A DNA stretch of 64,000 bases from an uncultured Bacillales bacterium (GCA_946414655.1 CAMKPL010000002.1:616-64615); one strand, 5' to 3'; positions 32,812 to 44,445 are shown, counted from the first letter of the stretch. A program made the numbers and translations. Notes: a model not told the origin generated them from the letters alone.

Positions 32812-33550
32812 GGGACAGTTTATTTCTCAAATTGATATAGGAAAAGTTCGTGTTGTTAATGAGGACCGAGCTCTTTCAATGGTCAATCCAGAAGGAGACG
32901 TTTTGCTTGCTGTTTGCGATGGTCTTGGCGGCCATAATAAAGGGGACTATGCTTCGCAACTTGCCTTAAACATTTTGGCAGACGAATTTAGAAAAAAACC
33001 GAAATTTTACGGTTATTTTTCGATTCGAATCTTCCTGTCACGGGTTTTAAAAATGATGAATCACGAGATTTACTCGACCGCTGAAAAAAACCAGATTTAT
33101 CAAGATATGGGTAGCACGATTGTTCTTGCCTTATTACATAAATCGAGGGTCTACATCGCCTATGCTGGCGATTCAAGAGCCTATGGACTAAAGAATGGTG
33201 CCTTTGCTCAATTAAGCGAAGACCAAAGCTATGTTGATTATCTATATAAAACAGGTCAAATTAAGAAAGAGGAAATGTCAATATCTAGTGATAGACATAA
33301 ACTAATGAATGCTCTAGGTATTTATCCAACAATTTCATATTCACTTGTTATTTTAAAAAATGATTTTGATTCAATATTTCTTTGTTCAGATGGTGTTTAT
33401 AACAATATGAATGACCGTCAAATTGCGGATATTTTATTAACAAAAGAAAGACTTGAACAAAAAGTTGATACATTAATTGCTGTTGCTAATTCGAATGGTG
33501 GATCAGACAATATGGCAATTTCATTATGGGAGAAAATTAAAAATGATTAA
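32798..33550 (+). CDS. prpC: PP2C-family Ser/Thr protein phosphatase
   Basis: AVCDGLGGH and SDGV...GGSDNMAI motifs. Start taken at ATG 32798, after the AAGGAG Shine-Dalgarno. Confidence 0.85.
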   Translation: MNHIKGQFISQIDIGKVRVVNEDRALSMVNPEGDVLLAVCDGLGGHNKGDYASQLALNILADEFRKKPKFYGYFSIRIFLSRVLKMMNHEIYSTAEKNQIYQDMGSTIVLALLHKSRVYIAYAGDSRAYGLKNGAFAQLSEDQSYVDYLYKTGQIKKEEMSISSDRHKLMNALGIYPTISYSLVILKNDFDSIFLCSDGVYNNMNDRQIADILLTKERLEQKVDTLIAVANSNGGSDNMAISLWEKIKND

Positions 33551-34415
33551 GATTGGTGATGTTCTCTCAAATAGATATCGAATAACAGGTCGTATCGGAA
33601 CCGGTGGTACTGCTGAGGTTTACTCTGCAACAGATTTCATAAAAAAAGAAACTGTTGCCGTGAAAATCATCAAGGAAGAACTTGTCAACGATCCAAAGAG
33701 CGTGGCTCGTTTTGAACACGAAGCAGAAGCTTGCGCTTCGTTTAATCATCCAAATATTGTCCGTGTCTATAACCAAGGACAAGTTAATGGCTGTTCATAT
33801 TTAGTGTTCGAATATGTTAAGAGTCAAACTTTGTTTGATCGACTTGATTTCCAGACAACTTATTCTGTTAAAGAAGCTTCAGAAATTATGTTACAACTCC
33901 TTGATGCAGTGAATTATATTCACAATAAAGGAATTATTCATCGCGATATCAAGCCACAGAATATTTTCTATTTGGCAAACGGAACTGTGAAACTTGCTGA
34001 TTTTGGTATTGCCCAAAGTATTGATGAAGAAGGACCATACCAAGGAGTTTTTGGTTCGGTCTATTATCTTGCTCCAGAAGTTTGTAGCGGTGAATCCGCT
34101 TCGGCTCAATCGGATATATATTCATGCGGTGTTACTTACTACCAACTCTTAACTGGACATCTGCCATTTGAGGATGGCTCAACAAAGGATATTGCTGCCG
34201 CTCACGTAAAACGTAATTTCCCACACTTATCAAAATTCCAACCGGAAATTGCTGGTGTTTTTGACAAAATTATTCAAAAAGCATGTGCTAAAAAACCGCA
34301 GGATCGCTATCAAACAGCAAAGGAAATGATGGATGATATTGCTACTGCAATGGCGAACAAAGATAATCTCAAAGTTCGTCGAAATATCTTCCAAAAAATA
34401 TTCGGATTCAAATAA
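33543..34415 (+). CDS. prkC: Hanks-type Ser/Thr protein kinase, cytoplasmic kinase domain only
   Basis: GTGGTAEVY, VAVK, HRDIKPQN, DFG and APE motifs. 290 aa with no TM or PASTA region. The start overlaps the prpC stop. Confidence 0.85.
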   Translation: MIKIGDVLSNRYRITGRIGTGGTAEVYSATDFIKKETVAVKIIKEELVNDPKSVARFEHEAEACASFNHPNIVRVYNQGQVNGCSYLVFEYVKSQTLFDRLDFQTTYSVKEASEIMLQLLDAVNYIHNKGIIHRDIKPQNIFYLANGTVKLADFGIAQSIDEEGPYQGVFGSVYYLAPEVCSGESASAQSDIYSCGVTYYQLLTGHLPFEDGSTKDIAAAHVKRNFPHLSKFQPEIAGVFDKIIQKACAKKPQDRYQTAKEMMDDIATAMANKDNLKVRRNIFQKIFGFK

Positions 34416-35278
34416 TGATTGGAAAGATTGTTTCAACTTGTGGTGGTGTTTATCGTATCTATGCAAATGGCGTAAGCTATGATGTTTTTGCAAAAGGAAT
34501 ATTTAAATATCGCCACGAGCATCTTTGCGTTGGCGACAATGTTGATTTTGATGATGAACACTTTGTGATTAATCAAATTCTTGAACGAAAAAACGAACTT
34601 ATTCGTCCAAAATGCGCCAACATTGATTTGGTCTTGGTTACAATGAGCGTTGTTGAACCTGAATTAAGCGAAGAACTGGTCTATAAATTTTTGACTTATG
34701 TTTTAATGCATAATATTGAAGCAAAAGTTGTGTTTACAAAAGTCGACGCGTTAAAAGATTGTTCAACAATTGAAAGAATTAAATCTGACTTGGCAAAGAT
34801 AGGAATAGAAACCTTCTTTGTTTCAAAAGACGATGAGTCTTCTAAAGAAGCAGTTCGCCGCTTAGTAAAAGGAAAAGTTGTTTTATTCATGGGTCAAACC
34901 GGAGTTGGTAAATCTAGTCTAATAAATGCAATTGATCCAGCTTTTAACCGTAAAATCGGTGAATATTCAAATGCATTAGGAAGAGGAAAACACCAGACAA
35001 AAGAAGCAATTTTACTTCCATATGAGAATTCGTTTTTAGCGGATACTCCAGGATTTTCCTCGCTTGATTTAATGATTTATAAAGAAGATTTAGCACAGTA
35101 TTTTCCTGGCTATGAAAAATATTACACTCAGTGTTATTTTTCGAATTGCCTGCACCAAAACGAAAAACAATGTAAAATTAAAGAGGAAATTGAAAAGGGA
35201 AATCTTTCGAAAGAAGCTCACGAAATTTATAAGAAATTACTGAACGAACTCGAATATCGACAAGAGAGGTATAAATGA
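34415..35278 (+). CDS. rsgA: Ribosome small-subunit-dependent GTPase A
   Basis: MGQTGVGKSSLINAI P-loop and a C-terminal zinc finger CYFSNCLHQNEKQC. Confidence 0.85.
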   Translation: MIGKIVSTCGGVYRIYANGVSYDVFAKGIFKYRHEHLCVGDNVDFDDEHFVINQILERKNELIRPKCANIDLVLVTMSVVEPELSEELVYKFLTYVLMHNIEAKVVFTKVDALKDCSTIERIKSDLAKIGIETFFVSKDDESSKEAVRRLVKGKVVLFMGQTGVGKSSLINAIDPAFNRKIGEYSNALGRGKHQTKEAILLPYENSFLADTPGFSSLDLMIYKEDLAQYFPGYEKYYTQCYFSNCLHQNEKQCKIKEEIEKGNLSKEAHEIYKKLLNELEYRQERYK

Positions 35279-35934
35279 TGAAAAACTATATTGCTCCAAG
35301 TCTATTATCTGCTGATAAAAACGATCTCAAAAACGAAATTTTGAAGGTTGAAAAACTCGGTGCTGAATGGATTCACTGGGATGTAATGGATGGCATTTTC
35401 GTTCCAAACAAATCCTACACACCTGAGCAAGTTCAAGAATATGCAAAATGCCATAAGATGGTGAATGATGTTCATATTATGGTTCAAGACCCAAAGAAGT
35501 GGGCGCCAATCTTTGCTGATGCTGGAGCTGATTTAGTTACATTCCATTTGGAAGCCGTTGATTTTTGTCCAAAATGTACTGCTAAAGTCATTAATGACTT
35601 ACATGCTAAAAACTGTAAGGCTGGTATCTCAATTAAACCAGCTACAAATGTAAAAACTTGCTTTCCTTGGCTTGATAAAGTTGACCTCGTTTTAGTCATG
35701 TCTGTTGAACCAGGAAAAGGAGGACAGGCATTTATTCCAAGCGCATTAAAGAAAATCAAAAAACTACGTAAATATATTGATAAGCATAACCTCAATTGTT
35801 TAATCGAAGTTGATGGTGGAATCAATGCTGAAACTGGAGCAAAATGCCGAAAAGCAGGTGCCGATATTTTGGTTGCGGGTTCATACATTTATGGACACGA
35901 TGATGTCAAAGAAAGAATGGAGTCACTCCGATGA
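35275..35934 (+). CDS. rpe: Ribulose-phosphate 3-epimerase
   Basis: IAPSLLSAD...IHWDVMDG...VDGG; 219 aa. Confidence 0.9.
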   Translation: MMKNYIAPSLLSADKNDLKNEILKVEKLGAEWIHWDVMDGIFVPNKSYTPEQVQEYAKCHKMVNDVHIMVQDPKKWAPIFADAGADLVTFHLEAVDFCPKCTAKVINDLHAKNCKAGISIKPATNVKTCFPWLDKVDLVLVMSVEPGKGGQAFIPSALKKIKKLRKYIDKHNLNCLIEVDGGINAETGAKCRKAGADILVAGSYIYGHDDVKERMESLR

Positions 35935-36623
35935 TTTCAATTAATCTTGTTTGGATTGTTTTTCTAGTCGCTTTTATTGGAGTGTTTGTTGCTCTAACAG
36001 TTCTTTCAATTTTAAGAATGCGACATGTCGAAGAAGAAAACCGTTCATTTATGAGACTTTTTCCATGTGAATTGATTAAAGATAAGATTCCTGGAGCAAA
36101 TGCTTATCGCACTCTCCTTTATGTTTTTAGTGGTCTTTGCTTTTCACCAGTTTTTGTTGTTCTCCCATTGTTAGATGAATTTGGTGGACTAGGTGCCATC
36201 GCAATGATTGTTTCCTTCCTTTTCGGAATTGAAGGAATCGTTATGGTTTCAATTTTCTTGTTTAATATTCGTTATACGAATACACACACAAAATTATCGA
36301 CAGGTTTTATGGCTGGATCGTTCCTTGTAAATGCTTTAACAACGTTATATGCCATCCTTACCTATACAACTTGGAACAAGTTTGATAAAGGAAGTCCGCT
36401 TGCTTTATCGATGGCTATTGTTGCTGGTTTATTAGCGATTGCAACATTAGTTATTACACTTAACCCAAAACTGAAAGATTGGGCTCAACTTGTTAAATCA
36501 CAAAATGGTGAAGAAGTTGTTTATTCTCGACCAAAAATCTTCCCGCTTGCATTCTCTGAATGGCTGATTATTTTGATTAATGTTCTTGGAGAAATTGTCT
36601 TTCTAGTTTCTCTAATTAGATAA
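35931..36623 (+). CDS. Hypothetical polytopic membrane protein
   Basis: 230 aa with about six hydrophobic helices. It is the last gene of the gmk-rpe string and is followed by a terminator. Confidence 0.45.
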   Translation: MISINLVWIVFLVAFIGVFVALTVLSILRMRHVEEENRSFMRLFPCELIKDKIPGANAYRTLLYVFSGLCFSPVFVVLPLLDEFGGLGAIAMIVSFLFGIEGIVMVSIFLFNIRYTNTHTKLSTGFMAGSFLVNALTTLYAILTYTTWNKFDKGSPLALSMAIVAGLLAIATLVITLNPKLKDWAQLVKSQNGEEVVYSRPKIFPLAFSEWLIILINVLGEIVFLVSLIR

Positions 36624-36633
36624 ATGTGAAGAA

Positions 36634-36662
36634 CGAAAAAAACCGTCAATTACGGTTTTTTC
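36634..36662. terminator. Bidirectional terminator between the membrane protein and rpmB
   Basis: aaaaaaAACCGTcaattACGGTTttttt. Confidence 0.55.
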
Positions 36663-36680
36663 TATTGCTTAAATAATAAA

Positions 36681-36869
36681 TTATTTAGCGTTCTTCACTA
36701 AGGCACGATGGGCTCTAGCTGTCATACGGACAGTGACCATCTTTCCATTAATGTTTACTTTGTATTTTTGTAAGTTAGCGTTCCAGACACGACGGGTAGC
36801 AATGTTACTGTGGGAACGATTGTTACCGGATCTACGTCCGACACCTGTAATTTGACAAACTCTTGACAT
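36681..36869 (-). CDS. rpmB: 50S ribosomal protein L28
   Basis: MSRVCQITGVGRRSGNNRSHSN, the L28 signature; 62 aa. Confidence 0.9.
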   Translation of the reverse strand: MSRVCQITGVGRRSGNNRSHSNIATRRVWNANLQKYKVNINGKMVTVRMTARAHRALVKNAK

Positions 36870-36936
36870 CGTTTTTACCTCTCTTATCTATCGAAAAGCA
36901 AGTGCTATTTTATCAAAGTACTTTAGTCTTTTCAAA

Positions 36937-37446
36937 CTAAAGTTTATTTTTTGTATAACGTCTCAGAAATTCTTCTTGCTCAAGCAATCTGCAGTTTCGT
37001 AAAGCATACTCATAAAGTTTGCCATCTTTATCAAAGGCAAGGAAGCATTCTTTTCCACTCTCCAAGAAGAAGTCAAGAGTCTTATGTTTTTGACTCCATT
37101 CTTCATTGATATAAATGATGTGCGACCACTCGTAAGAAACCTCTTTTCCAAGACGAACATGAATGACCCGAGAATCATTCAAAATGTAGTATGTATTTTT
37201 GATTGAAATAATACACAAAATAACTGCAAGCACCATTAAAAATGGTGTGTAAATAAAAAATGGAAGGTCAAGTTGACCGTTTTGGAGAAGATTTCCAATC
37301 GTAAATGAGAAGAAGAAAATCGCTTCAAAAACGACAAAAGTTCCAACGTAAAGAAGGATCAATTTTGTGTTCGATAAACGAACAATTAAGTCTTTGTTTT
37401 TCTTCGACATATTTTCTATTTTATCAAATGTCAATTTTGAAGACAA
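36937..37446 (-). CDS. Hypothetical membrane protein (two TM helices plus a soluble domain)
   Basis: 169 aa lying upstream of rpmB on the same strand. Confidence 0.4.
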   Translation of the reverse strand: MSSKLTFDKIENMSKKNKDLIVRLSNTKLILLYVGTFVVFEAIFFFSFTIGNLLQNGQLDLPFFIYTPFLMVLAVILCIISIKNTYYILNDSRVIHVRLGKEVSYEWSHIIYINEEWSQKHKTLDFFLESGKECFLAFDKDGKLYEYALRNCRLLEQEEFLRRYTKNKL

Positions 37447-37603
37447 AAATAACCTTTAAAACTGATATATTTTTCGCAAAACTCTAACATTTTTTCATCA
37501 ATAAATCGATAGGAAAAATATTAAACTTAATGCATAAATTACCTAATGTGCTACAATACTCACAGAAATTATAAATTTCGCTTTTTATTTAAAGGAGTTA
37601 GCA

Positions 37604-38731
37604 ATGTCGAAAAAAGTTGTCGCAATGATTCTAGCCGGTGGAAAAGGAAGCCGACTACAAGCCTTAACAAAGAAAAATGCGAAACCAGCTGTGACATTTG
37701 GTGCGAAATATCGAATCATTGATTTTCCACTAAGTAACTGTGCCAATTCACACATTACAACAGTTGGAGTGTTGACCCAATATGAATCTGTTTATCTCGA
37801 CCAATATATTGGAAATGGAGAAAAATGGGGACTTAATGGCGTGCGTTCCTTAACAACAACTCTTGCTCCAAGACAAACTGATGAAGGTTTATCCTGGTAC
37901 AAAGGAACCGCTGATGCCATCTATGCCAACATTGAATTTATGGATTCGACTGATCCTGATTACATTCTCATCCTTTCTGGAGACCACATTTACTCCACGT
38001 CATTTGATGAGATGTTAGAAGATACGGTTGAAAATAACGCTGACTGCACAATCGGTGTCTATGAAGTACCAATCGAAGAAGCATCTCGATTTGGTATTTT
38101 AGTTGCGGATAAAAACAACCGTATTGTTGAGTTCCACGAAAAACCAGCTCATCCAACCAGTAACCTTGCTAGTATGGGCATTTACTTATTCAAGTATTCT
38201 GTTCTTCGTGAAGCCCTTATTAAAGATGCTAAAAACAAAGAAAGTTCCCATGACTTTGGTAAAGACGTTATCCCAATGTTGTTAAATAGCGGTGCTCGTT
38301 TATTTGCCTATAAGTATCGAGGGTATTGGAAAGATGTTGGTACAATTGCTTCCCTTCATGAAGCCAACATGGATCTTCTTGATGGAACAAAAGGAACCAA
38401 CCTCACGGAAATCTTTAATGGTTTAAAAATCTACACCGAGGATCAACCATGTCACCCACAATACATCGGTTCAAAAGCTGTGGTGGAAGATTCCTTAATT
38501 GATCAAGGTACCGTAATCCATGGTGAAGTTAAGCACTCTGTCGTTTCACGACAAGTTATTATCGAAAAAGGTGCTAAGGTTGACCACTGTGTTGTAATGG
38601 GTAACGTTACAATTCACGAAGGAGCCGAACTTTCCTATGCTGTGATTGCGCCTGACGTCGAAATCAAAAAAGGCACCAAAATCCAAGGTGATCAAAAACA
38701 TATTAAGCTTTATGCTGGAGAGGAGAAATAA
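37604..38731 (+). CDS. glgC: Glucose-1-phosphate adenylyltransferase
   Basis: AMILAGGKGSRLQALT nucleotidyltransferase motif; 375 aa; a possible extended -10 (tgcTACAAT) lies at 37549-37558. Confidence 0.9.
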   Translation: MSKKVVAMILAGGKGSRLQALTKKNAKPAVTFGAKYRIIDFPLSNCANSHITTVGVLTQYESVYLDQYIGNGEKWGLNGVRSLTTTLAPRQTDEGLSWYKGTADAIYANIEFMDSTDPDYILILSGDHIYSTSFDEMLEDTVENNADCTIGVYEVPIEEASRFGILVADKNNRIVEFHEKPAHPTSNLASMGIYLFKYSVLREALIKDAKNKESSHDFGKDVIPMLLNSGARLFAYKYRGYWKDVGTIASLHEANMDLLDGTKGTNLTEIFNGLKIYTEDQPCHPQYIGSKAVVEDSLIDQGTVIHGEVKHSVVSRQVIIEKGAKVDHCVVMGNVTIHEGAELSYAVIAPDVEIKKGTKIQGDQKHIKLYAGEEK

Positions 38732-38733
38732 CG

Positions 38734-39846
38734 ATGGGACACAAAGTTTTAGGTTTGTTGAATCTATATGATTCACCGTCTCTTGGTGAATTAACTAAGA
38801 AACGTACCCTCGGATCAACTTCCTTCCTTGGCCGCTATGCGATTATGGATTTTGCCTTGTCGAATTTTACTAACTCCAATATCGACGAAATCAATATTCT
38901 TGTCAAAGACAACTATCGAAGTGTGGCCAAGCACATTGGTACATTAAAAACTTGGGTCAATAATACCAAGATCGGTCGTCAAAATATTCTGATGAATGAG
39001 CGTGGTATTCGTGATCCAAAATATAATTCTGATTTAAACGCCATTCGTGAAAACGACTGGGTTTATTTCGAAGCTGATGCTGACTATGTCATCATTGCTC
39101 CAGCACATATTATCTCCGTCATTGATTATCGTAAAGTTCTTGAATTCCACGAAGAAAAGAACGCTGACATTACATTGGTTTATACCAAGATTAAAGATGG
39201 TTCCAAAGCTTTCTTGTCCAGTAACGTTTTAGAAGTGAAGGACGACAAAGTCGTCTTCTTTGCTCCAAACAAAGGAAAGAAAGATGATGTTGCCGTTTCA
39301 ATGCGAACATACATTATGTCTCAAGATGCTTTTTTAAAGATTATTCGTCATAAAGATTATCGTGATGCTTTAAGCATTAGAATGCTAATGGAGAAAATCA
39401 TTGCTTCTCAATCACTAAAAGTGTTCGGCTATGAACATAAAGGATACGTTCGTTGTATTGATTCCTTTGAACACTTTATCGAATATTCATTTGAACTACT
39501 TGATTATAAGGTCGCAACCAAATTATTTGATACAGGTGCGCCTATTTATACTCGTACACATAGCGCTCCTCCAGCCGATTATGGCGAGCACGCTAGTGTC
39601 AAAAACTGCTACATTGCCAATGGTGGACACCTTGATGGCAGTGTCAAAAACTCAATTGTTTCACGCTATGTAGTCGTGGAAGAAAAGGCTAAAATTGATC
39701 ACTCAATCATTCTTACCCAAGCTGTCATTGGTAAGGGTGTGAAGGTCGAATATGCTGTGGTCGATAAGTACGCCAAAATTTATAAAGATGTTATTGGGAG
39801 TAAAGACAAACCAGTCTATGTTGCCCAAGGAAAGGTGATTAAATGA
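38734..39846 (+). CDS. glgD: Glycogen biosynthesis protein GlgD (regulatory ADP-glucose pyrophosphorylase subunit)
   Basis: GlgC paralogue lacking the G-rich catalytic motif; positioned between glgC and glgA as in Bacillus. Confidence 0.8.
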   Translation: MGHKVLGLLNLYDSPSLGELTKKRTLGSTSFLGRYAIMDFALSNFTNSNIDEINILVKDNYRSVAKHIGTLKTWVNNTKIGRQNILMNERGIRDPKYNSDLNAIRENDWVYFEADADYVIIAPAHIISVIDYRKVLEFHEEKNADITLVYTKIKDGSKAFLSSNVLEVKDDKVVFFAPNKGKKDDVAVSMRTYIMSQDAFLKIIRHKDYRDALSIRMLMEKIIASQSLKVFGYEHKGYVRCIDSFEHFIEYSFELLDYKVATKLFDTGAPIYTRTHSAPPADYGEHASVKNCYIANGGHLDGSVKNSIVSRYVVVEEKAKIDHSIILTQAVIGKGVKVEYAVVDKYAKIYKDVIGSKDKPVYVAQGKVIK

Positions 39847-41279
39847 AGATTGTAATGGTCACCTCGGAAGCCAATCCACTTTGTAAAAGTGGTGGTCTTG
39901 CCGATGTTACTTATTCATTAAGTAGAGAATTAAACAAAATTGACGAAGAAGCCATTATTGTTTTGCCTTACTACAAGGTCATTAAAAATAACCCAAAATG
40001 TAAAGCAAAGTTTGTTTCCTCTTTTAACATTGCGATGAGCTGGAGACAACAATACTGTGGTATCTTCCAAACAAAAATTGATGGTATTCGTTATTATCTT
40101 TTAGATAATGAATACTACTTTAATCGTGATGAACTGTATGGACATTATGATGATGCAGAACGTTTTGCGTTCTTCTCACTTGCTGCTCTTGAAGCATTAA
40201 AACAATTAAAAGTTCATCCAGACATTATTCACGTTCATGACTGGCAAGCCAGCATGATTCCGTGTTTAATCAAGGAGCGTTTCCGTGAGGATCCGTTCTT
40301 TGGAAACATCAAAACTGTTTTAACAATTCATAACCCAGCCTTCAAAGGTTTCATGGACAAATATTATTTAAATAATTTCTATGGTTTAAATGATTACATT
40401 TACGATAAAGGTAATGTCCGTTTTGAAGGGATGGTTTCCACATTAAAAGCAGCGATTTATTATGCTGACGTTTTAACAACAGTCTCTCCAACCCACCGAG
40501 AAGAATTATTGACTTACAATACTTCTCAAGGTCTAAACTACTGTTTAGAACTCCGTAAAGAAGATTTCTTTGGTATTCTTAATGGAATCGATGTGGTGGA
40601 ATTCGACCCAAGCAATGATAAATACATTGCTGAATGTTATAATGCCGATGGTTTTGCAAAGCAAAAAATCGCTAATAAAAAACAAGTTCTCGAACGCTTT
40701 GGTTTAGCCAATCGTCGTGGACCTGTTTATGGAGTTGTTTCACGCTTAACTAGCCAGAAAGGTTTCGATCTCATCTTTGATAATGTCGATTATCTAGTGC
40801 AGAATAACGGAACGCTTTTAGTGTTAGGTTCTGGTGAAAAGGAAATCGAAGCACGTCTAGAAAAGATTCGTGCAAAGTATCCAAAGAATGTTGGAATTTA
40901 CATCGGTTACAATGACGAAGTGGCTCACCAAATCTATGCTGGTAGTGACTTCTTTATCATGCCATCTCTATTTGAACCATGTGGTATTGGACAAATGATT
41001 GCCCAACGATATGGTTCACTTCCAATTGTTCGTGAGACCGGAGGTCTCAAAGATACAATTGTTCCTTATGATGGTAAGAACGCTAAGAAAGCAACAGGAT
41101 TTAGTTTCGTTCCGTTTAATGGAATGGCGTTAGGCCAACAACTTGAACAAACATGGCAACTTTACGCCGACCGAGACAAAATGAAAAAAGTTATTGCTAA
41201 TGCAATGAAATTAGATCGCTCTTGGACAGTTTCAGCAAAGAAATATGTCGAGGTTTATAAGAAGGCTCTTTCCAAATGA
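39843..41279 (+). CDS. glgA: Glycogen synthase (ADP-glucose type)
   Basis: N-terminal [15 protein letters not shown] (KxGGL motif); 478 aa. Confidence 0.9.
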   Translation: MKIVMVTSEANPLCKSGGLADVTYSLSRELNKIDEEAIIVLPYYKVIKNNPKCKAKFVSSFNIAMSWRQQYCGIFQTKIDGIRYYLLDNEYYFNRDELYGHYDDAERFAFFSLAALEALKQLKVHPDIIHVHDWQASMIPCLIKERFREDPFFGNIKTVLTIHNPAFKGFMDKYYLNNFYGLNDYIYDKGNVRFEGMVSTLKAAIYYADVLTTVSPTHREELLTYNTSQGLNYCLELRKEDFFGILNGIDVVEFDPSNDKYIAECYNADGFAKQKIANKKQVLERFGLANRRGPVYGVVSRLTSQKGFDLIFDNVDYLVQNNGTLLVLGSGEKEIEARLEKIRAKYPKNVGIYIGYNDEVAHQIYAGSDFFIMPSLFEPCGIGQMIAQRYGSLPIVRETGGLKDTIVPYDGKNAKKATGFSFVPFNGMALGQQLEQTWQLYADRDKMKKVIANAMKLDRSWTVSAKKYVEVYKKALSK

Positions 41280-43678
41280 GTTACGACCATAAGAAAATTG
41301 AACAAAAATGGATGAACATTTACGAAGAAAAGAAACCTTTCTTCTGTGATGTTTATGATTTTAGTAAGCCAAAATACTATTGCTTGGATATGTTTCCGTA
41401 TCCATCTGGACAAGGTTTACATGTTGGTCACCCATTAGGCTATACCGCAAGTGACGTTGTTTGCCGTATGAAAAGAATGCAGGGCTTTAATGTCCTACAT
41501 CCAATGGGTTGGGATGCTTTTGGTTTGCCTGCGGAACAATTTGCGATTAAAAACAATAAACACCCATATTCGTTTACGAAAGCCAATATTGATAACTTCC
41601 GTCATCAAATTAAGTCATTAGGATTTTCTTATGACTGGAGTAAGGAAATCGCCACTTGTGATCCAAGTTACTATAAATGGACACAATGGATTTTCACTAA
41701 ACTTTTCGAAAAGGATTTAGCCTATGTCGCAAATATTCCAGTTAATTTTTGCCCAGAACTTGGCACCGTTTTAGCTAACGAAGAGGTTATTGATGGTAAA
41801 AGTGAACGTGGTGGCTACCCAGTTATTAAGATGCCAATGCGTCAGTGGGTGCTCAGAATTACTAATTATGCTGACAAATTAATTGATGGCTTATCTAGTT
41901 TAGATTGGCCAAAATCCACACTTGTCATGCAAAAGAACTGGATTGGTAAATCTTTAGGTGCGGAAATCACCTTTAAAGTCAAAGATAGTGACGAATCATT
42001 TGTTGTTTTTACAACACGTGCCGACACTCTATTTGGATGCACCTATTGCTGTTTAGCTCCAGAACACCCACTTGTTAAAAAGCTCGCAAAACCTCAAAAT
42101 TTACCAGCAATTCTTGGTTATCTTGATGAAGTGAAGTCGAAATCTGATATGGAAAGAACGGAACTTAATAAAGATAAAACAGGTGTCTTTATTGGTGCTT
42201 ATGCTATTAACCCAATCAATGGTAAAGAAGTCCCAATTTATGCTGCAGACTATGTCCTTTATGGTTATGGTAGTGGCGCTGTGATGGCTGTTCCTGCTCA
42301 TGACCAAAGAGACTACGAATTCGCTAAGAAACATGGTTTAGAAATGATCCAAGTTCTTGAAGGAGATATTTCTCAGCATGCCATGGAAGATGATGCCAAA
42401 CACATTAACTCAGACTTTGCGAACGGATTAAATATTGAAGAGGCTAAAGAAGCCATCATCAAGAAACTTGAAGAGATGGGATCTGGCCATAAGAAAATTA
42501 ATTATAAATTACGTGACTGGATTTTTTCCCGTCAACGTTACTGGGGAGAGCCAATTCCAGTTGTGACATATGAAGATGGCACAATTGAAGCTCTCTCAGA
42601 AAAAGATCTCCCACTCACATTACCTGAACTTGATGTCTATGCTCCTAGCGGTGATGGACAATCTCCTTTAGCAAATGCTAAAGATTGGGTTAATGTTGTG
42701 ATTAATGGAAAGAAAGCGAAACGTGAAACTAACACCATGCCACAATGGGCTGGATCTTGTTGGTATTACATTCGCTATATTGATCCACAAAACGACAAGG
42801 CCATTGCTGATCCAGCGTTAATTAAACACTGGTTACCAGTTGACCTTTATATTGGTGGTGCTGAGCACGCTGTTTTGCACCTCCTTTATTCTCGTTTCTG
42901 GCACAAGTTCCTTTATGATGAAGGCGTCGTCTATTGTAACGAACCTTATAAGAAACTATTCCATCAAGGAATGATCTTAGGTGAAAACGGTGAAAAAATG
43001 TCTAAATCAAGAGGTAACGTTGTTAACCCAGATGACGTGGTTGAAGAATACGGTGCCGATGCACTTCGTTTATTCGAAATGTTTGCTGGCCCACTTGAAG
43101 AAGGATTCCTTTGGTCAACAACAGGATTAGCTGGTGCACGTCGATTTATCGAACGTGTCTATCGTCTATATACTGATCCAGAATTTGTTAATCGCTTTAG
43201 CGATGAAAACTCCAAAGAACTCGACTTTGCATATAATGCAACAGTTAAGAAAGTCACCGAAGACTTTGAGAAATTGCAGATTAATACCGCGATTGCACAA
43301 ATGATGATTTTCATTAACGCGGTTTATAAAGCAAATTCAATATATAAACCTTACATGGTTAATTTCTTAAAGATGTTCTCCTGTGTCTGCCCATTTGTGA
43401 GTGAAGAACTCTATCAAGAGTTAACAGGAAAAGAATTAATCGATTACGAACGCTTCCCAACTTATGATGCCTCTAAACTCATTCTTAACACAGTGAAGAT
43501 GGCTGTCTCAGTTAATGGAAAGCTTCGTGACACAATCGAAGTTGATAAAGAAATCTCTGACGATGAATTAAAAGAAAAATGCTTTGCTCTAGATAACGTT
43601 AAACGTCAAATTGAAGGCAAAGAAATCAAGAAAGTCATTATCGTCAAAGGAAAAATTGTCAACATTGTTGCTATTTAA
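41276..43678 (+). CDS. leuS: Leucyl-tRNA synthetase
   Basis: [12 protein letters not shown] (HIGH) and KMSKS motifs; 800 aa. Confidence 0.95.
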   Translation: MSYDHKKIEQKWMNIYEEKKPFFCDVYDFSKPKYYCLDMFPYPSGQGLHVGHPLGYTASDVVCRMKRMQGFNVLHPMGWDAFGLPAEQFAIKNNKHPYSFTKANIDNFRHQIKSLGFSYDWSKEIATCDPSYYKWTQWIFTKLFEKDLAYVANIPVNFCPELGTVLANEEVIDGKSERGGYPVIKMPMRQWVLRITNYADKLIDGLSSLDWPKSTLVMQKNWIGKSLGAEITFKVKDSDESFVVFTTRADTLFGCTYCCLAPEHPLVKKLAKPQNLPAILGYLDEVKSKSDMERTELNKDKTGVFIGAYAINPINGKEVPIYAADYVLYGYGSGAVMAVPAHDQRDYEFAKKHGLEMIQVLEGDISQHAMEDDAKHINSDFANGLNIEEAKEAIIKKLEEMGSGHKKINYKLRDWIFSRQRYWGEPIPVVTYEDGTIEALSEKDLPLTLPELDVYAPSGDGQSPLANAKDWVNVVINGKKAKRETNTMPQWAGSCWYYIRYIDPQNDKAIADPALIKHWLPVDLYIGGAEHAVLHLLYSRFWHKFLYDEGVVYCNEPYKKLFHQGMILGENGEKMSKSRGNVVNPDDVVEEYGADALRLFEMFAGPLEEGFLWSTTGLAGARRFIERVYRLYTDPEFVNRFSDENSKELDFAYNATVKKVTEDFEKLQINTAIAQMMIFINAVYKANSIYKPYMVNFLKMFSCVCPFVSEELYQELTGKELIDYERFPTYDASKLILNTVKMAVSVNGKLRDTIEVDKEISDDELKEKCFALDNVKRQIEGKEIKKVIIVKGKIVNIVAI

Positions 43679-44443
43679 ATGAAACATTCGTTAGTTATTG
43701 ATTTAGGCAATACAAGCGTAAAATATGCTGTTTTTGCTGGTGAAAAATTTATTTGTCAAACAAAAATCGTTATTGATGACAAATCATTTTTAAAGACAAA
43801 AACAACATTAATTGAAATGCTGAAAGAAAATAAACTTCAAGCATCAGATTTTGAAGATGCTATTCTTTTTAGTGTTGTTCCAAGTCTAAACAAAACTATT
43901 CAAAAATTTGTTTTATCAGTCTTTAAACTGAAAACTTATATCTTTGATATTAATGATGCCAAAAAGCTTCCAGAAGGTGTTCCAAACGAAATCGGCTCTG
44001 ACTTATTAGCTGACATTTGTGGTGCTGAGAATTTTTATGGCGCTCCAATTCTAATCGCTGATTTAGGAACAGTCACAAAATTCATATTCATTGGTGAAAA
44101 GAAGGAACTTGTTGGTTGCTCATTTATGCCAGGAATGGATGCATCTTTAAAATCAATGACCAAACAAACTGAACTTCTTCCAAAACTAAGAATTGAAAAA
44201 CCGGAAGAAGCAATTGGTAGAAACACTATCGAATGTATGAAATCGGGTGTTTACTATTCAACAGTTGCGTCATTAAAACATTTTATGAGTGTTGCAAAAG
44301 AGAAATATCCAAGTGTTAAAACTGTTGTAACTGGTGGATATTCCGAGGTCATTAAAGAAGATATCGGTGAAGCAATCTATGATCCTTTATTAACAGTTAA
44401 AGGAATGAATGAAATTCGCCTCATCTTAAAGAAAGGAATCTAG
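43679..44443 (+). CDS. coaX: Type III pantothenate kinase
   Basis: N-terminal LVIDLGNTSVKYAVF; 254 aa with an ASKHA fold outline. Confidence 0.6.
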   Translation: MKHSLVIDLGNTSVKYAVFAGEKFICQTKIVIDDKSFLKTKTTLIEMLKENKLQASDFEDAILFSVVPSLNKTIQKFVLSVFKLKTYIFDINDAKKLPEGVPNEIGSDLLADICGAENFYGAPILIADLGTVTKFIFIGEKKELVGCSFMPGMDASLKSMTKQTELLPKLRIEKPEEAIGRNTIECMKSGVYYSTVASLKHFMSVAKEKYPSVKTVVTGGYSEVIKEDIGEAIYDPLLTVKGMNEIRLILKKGI

Positions 44444-44445
44444 TT

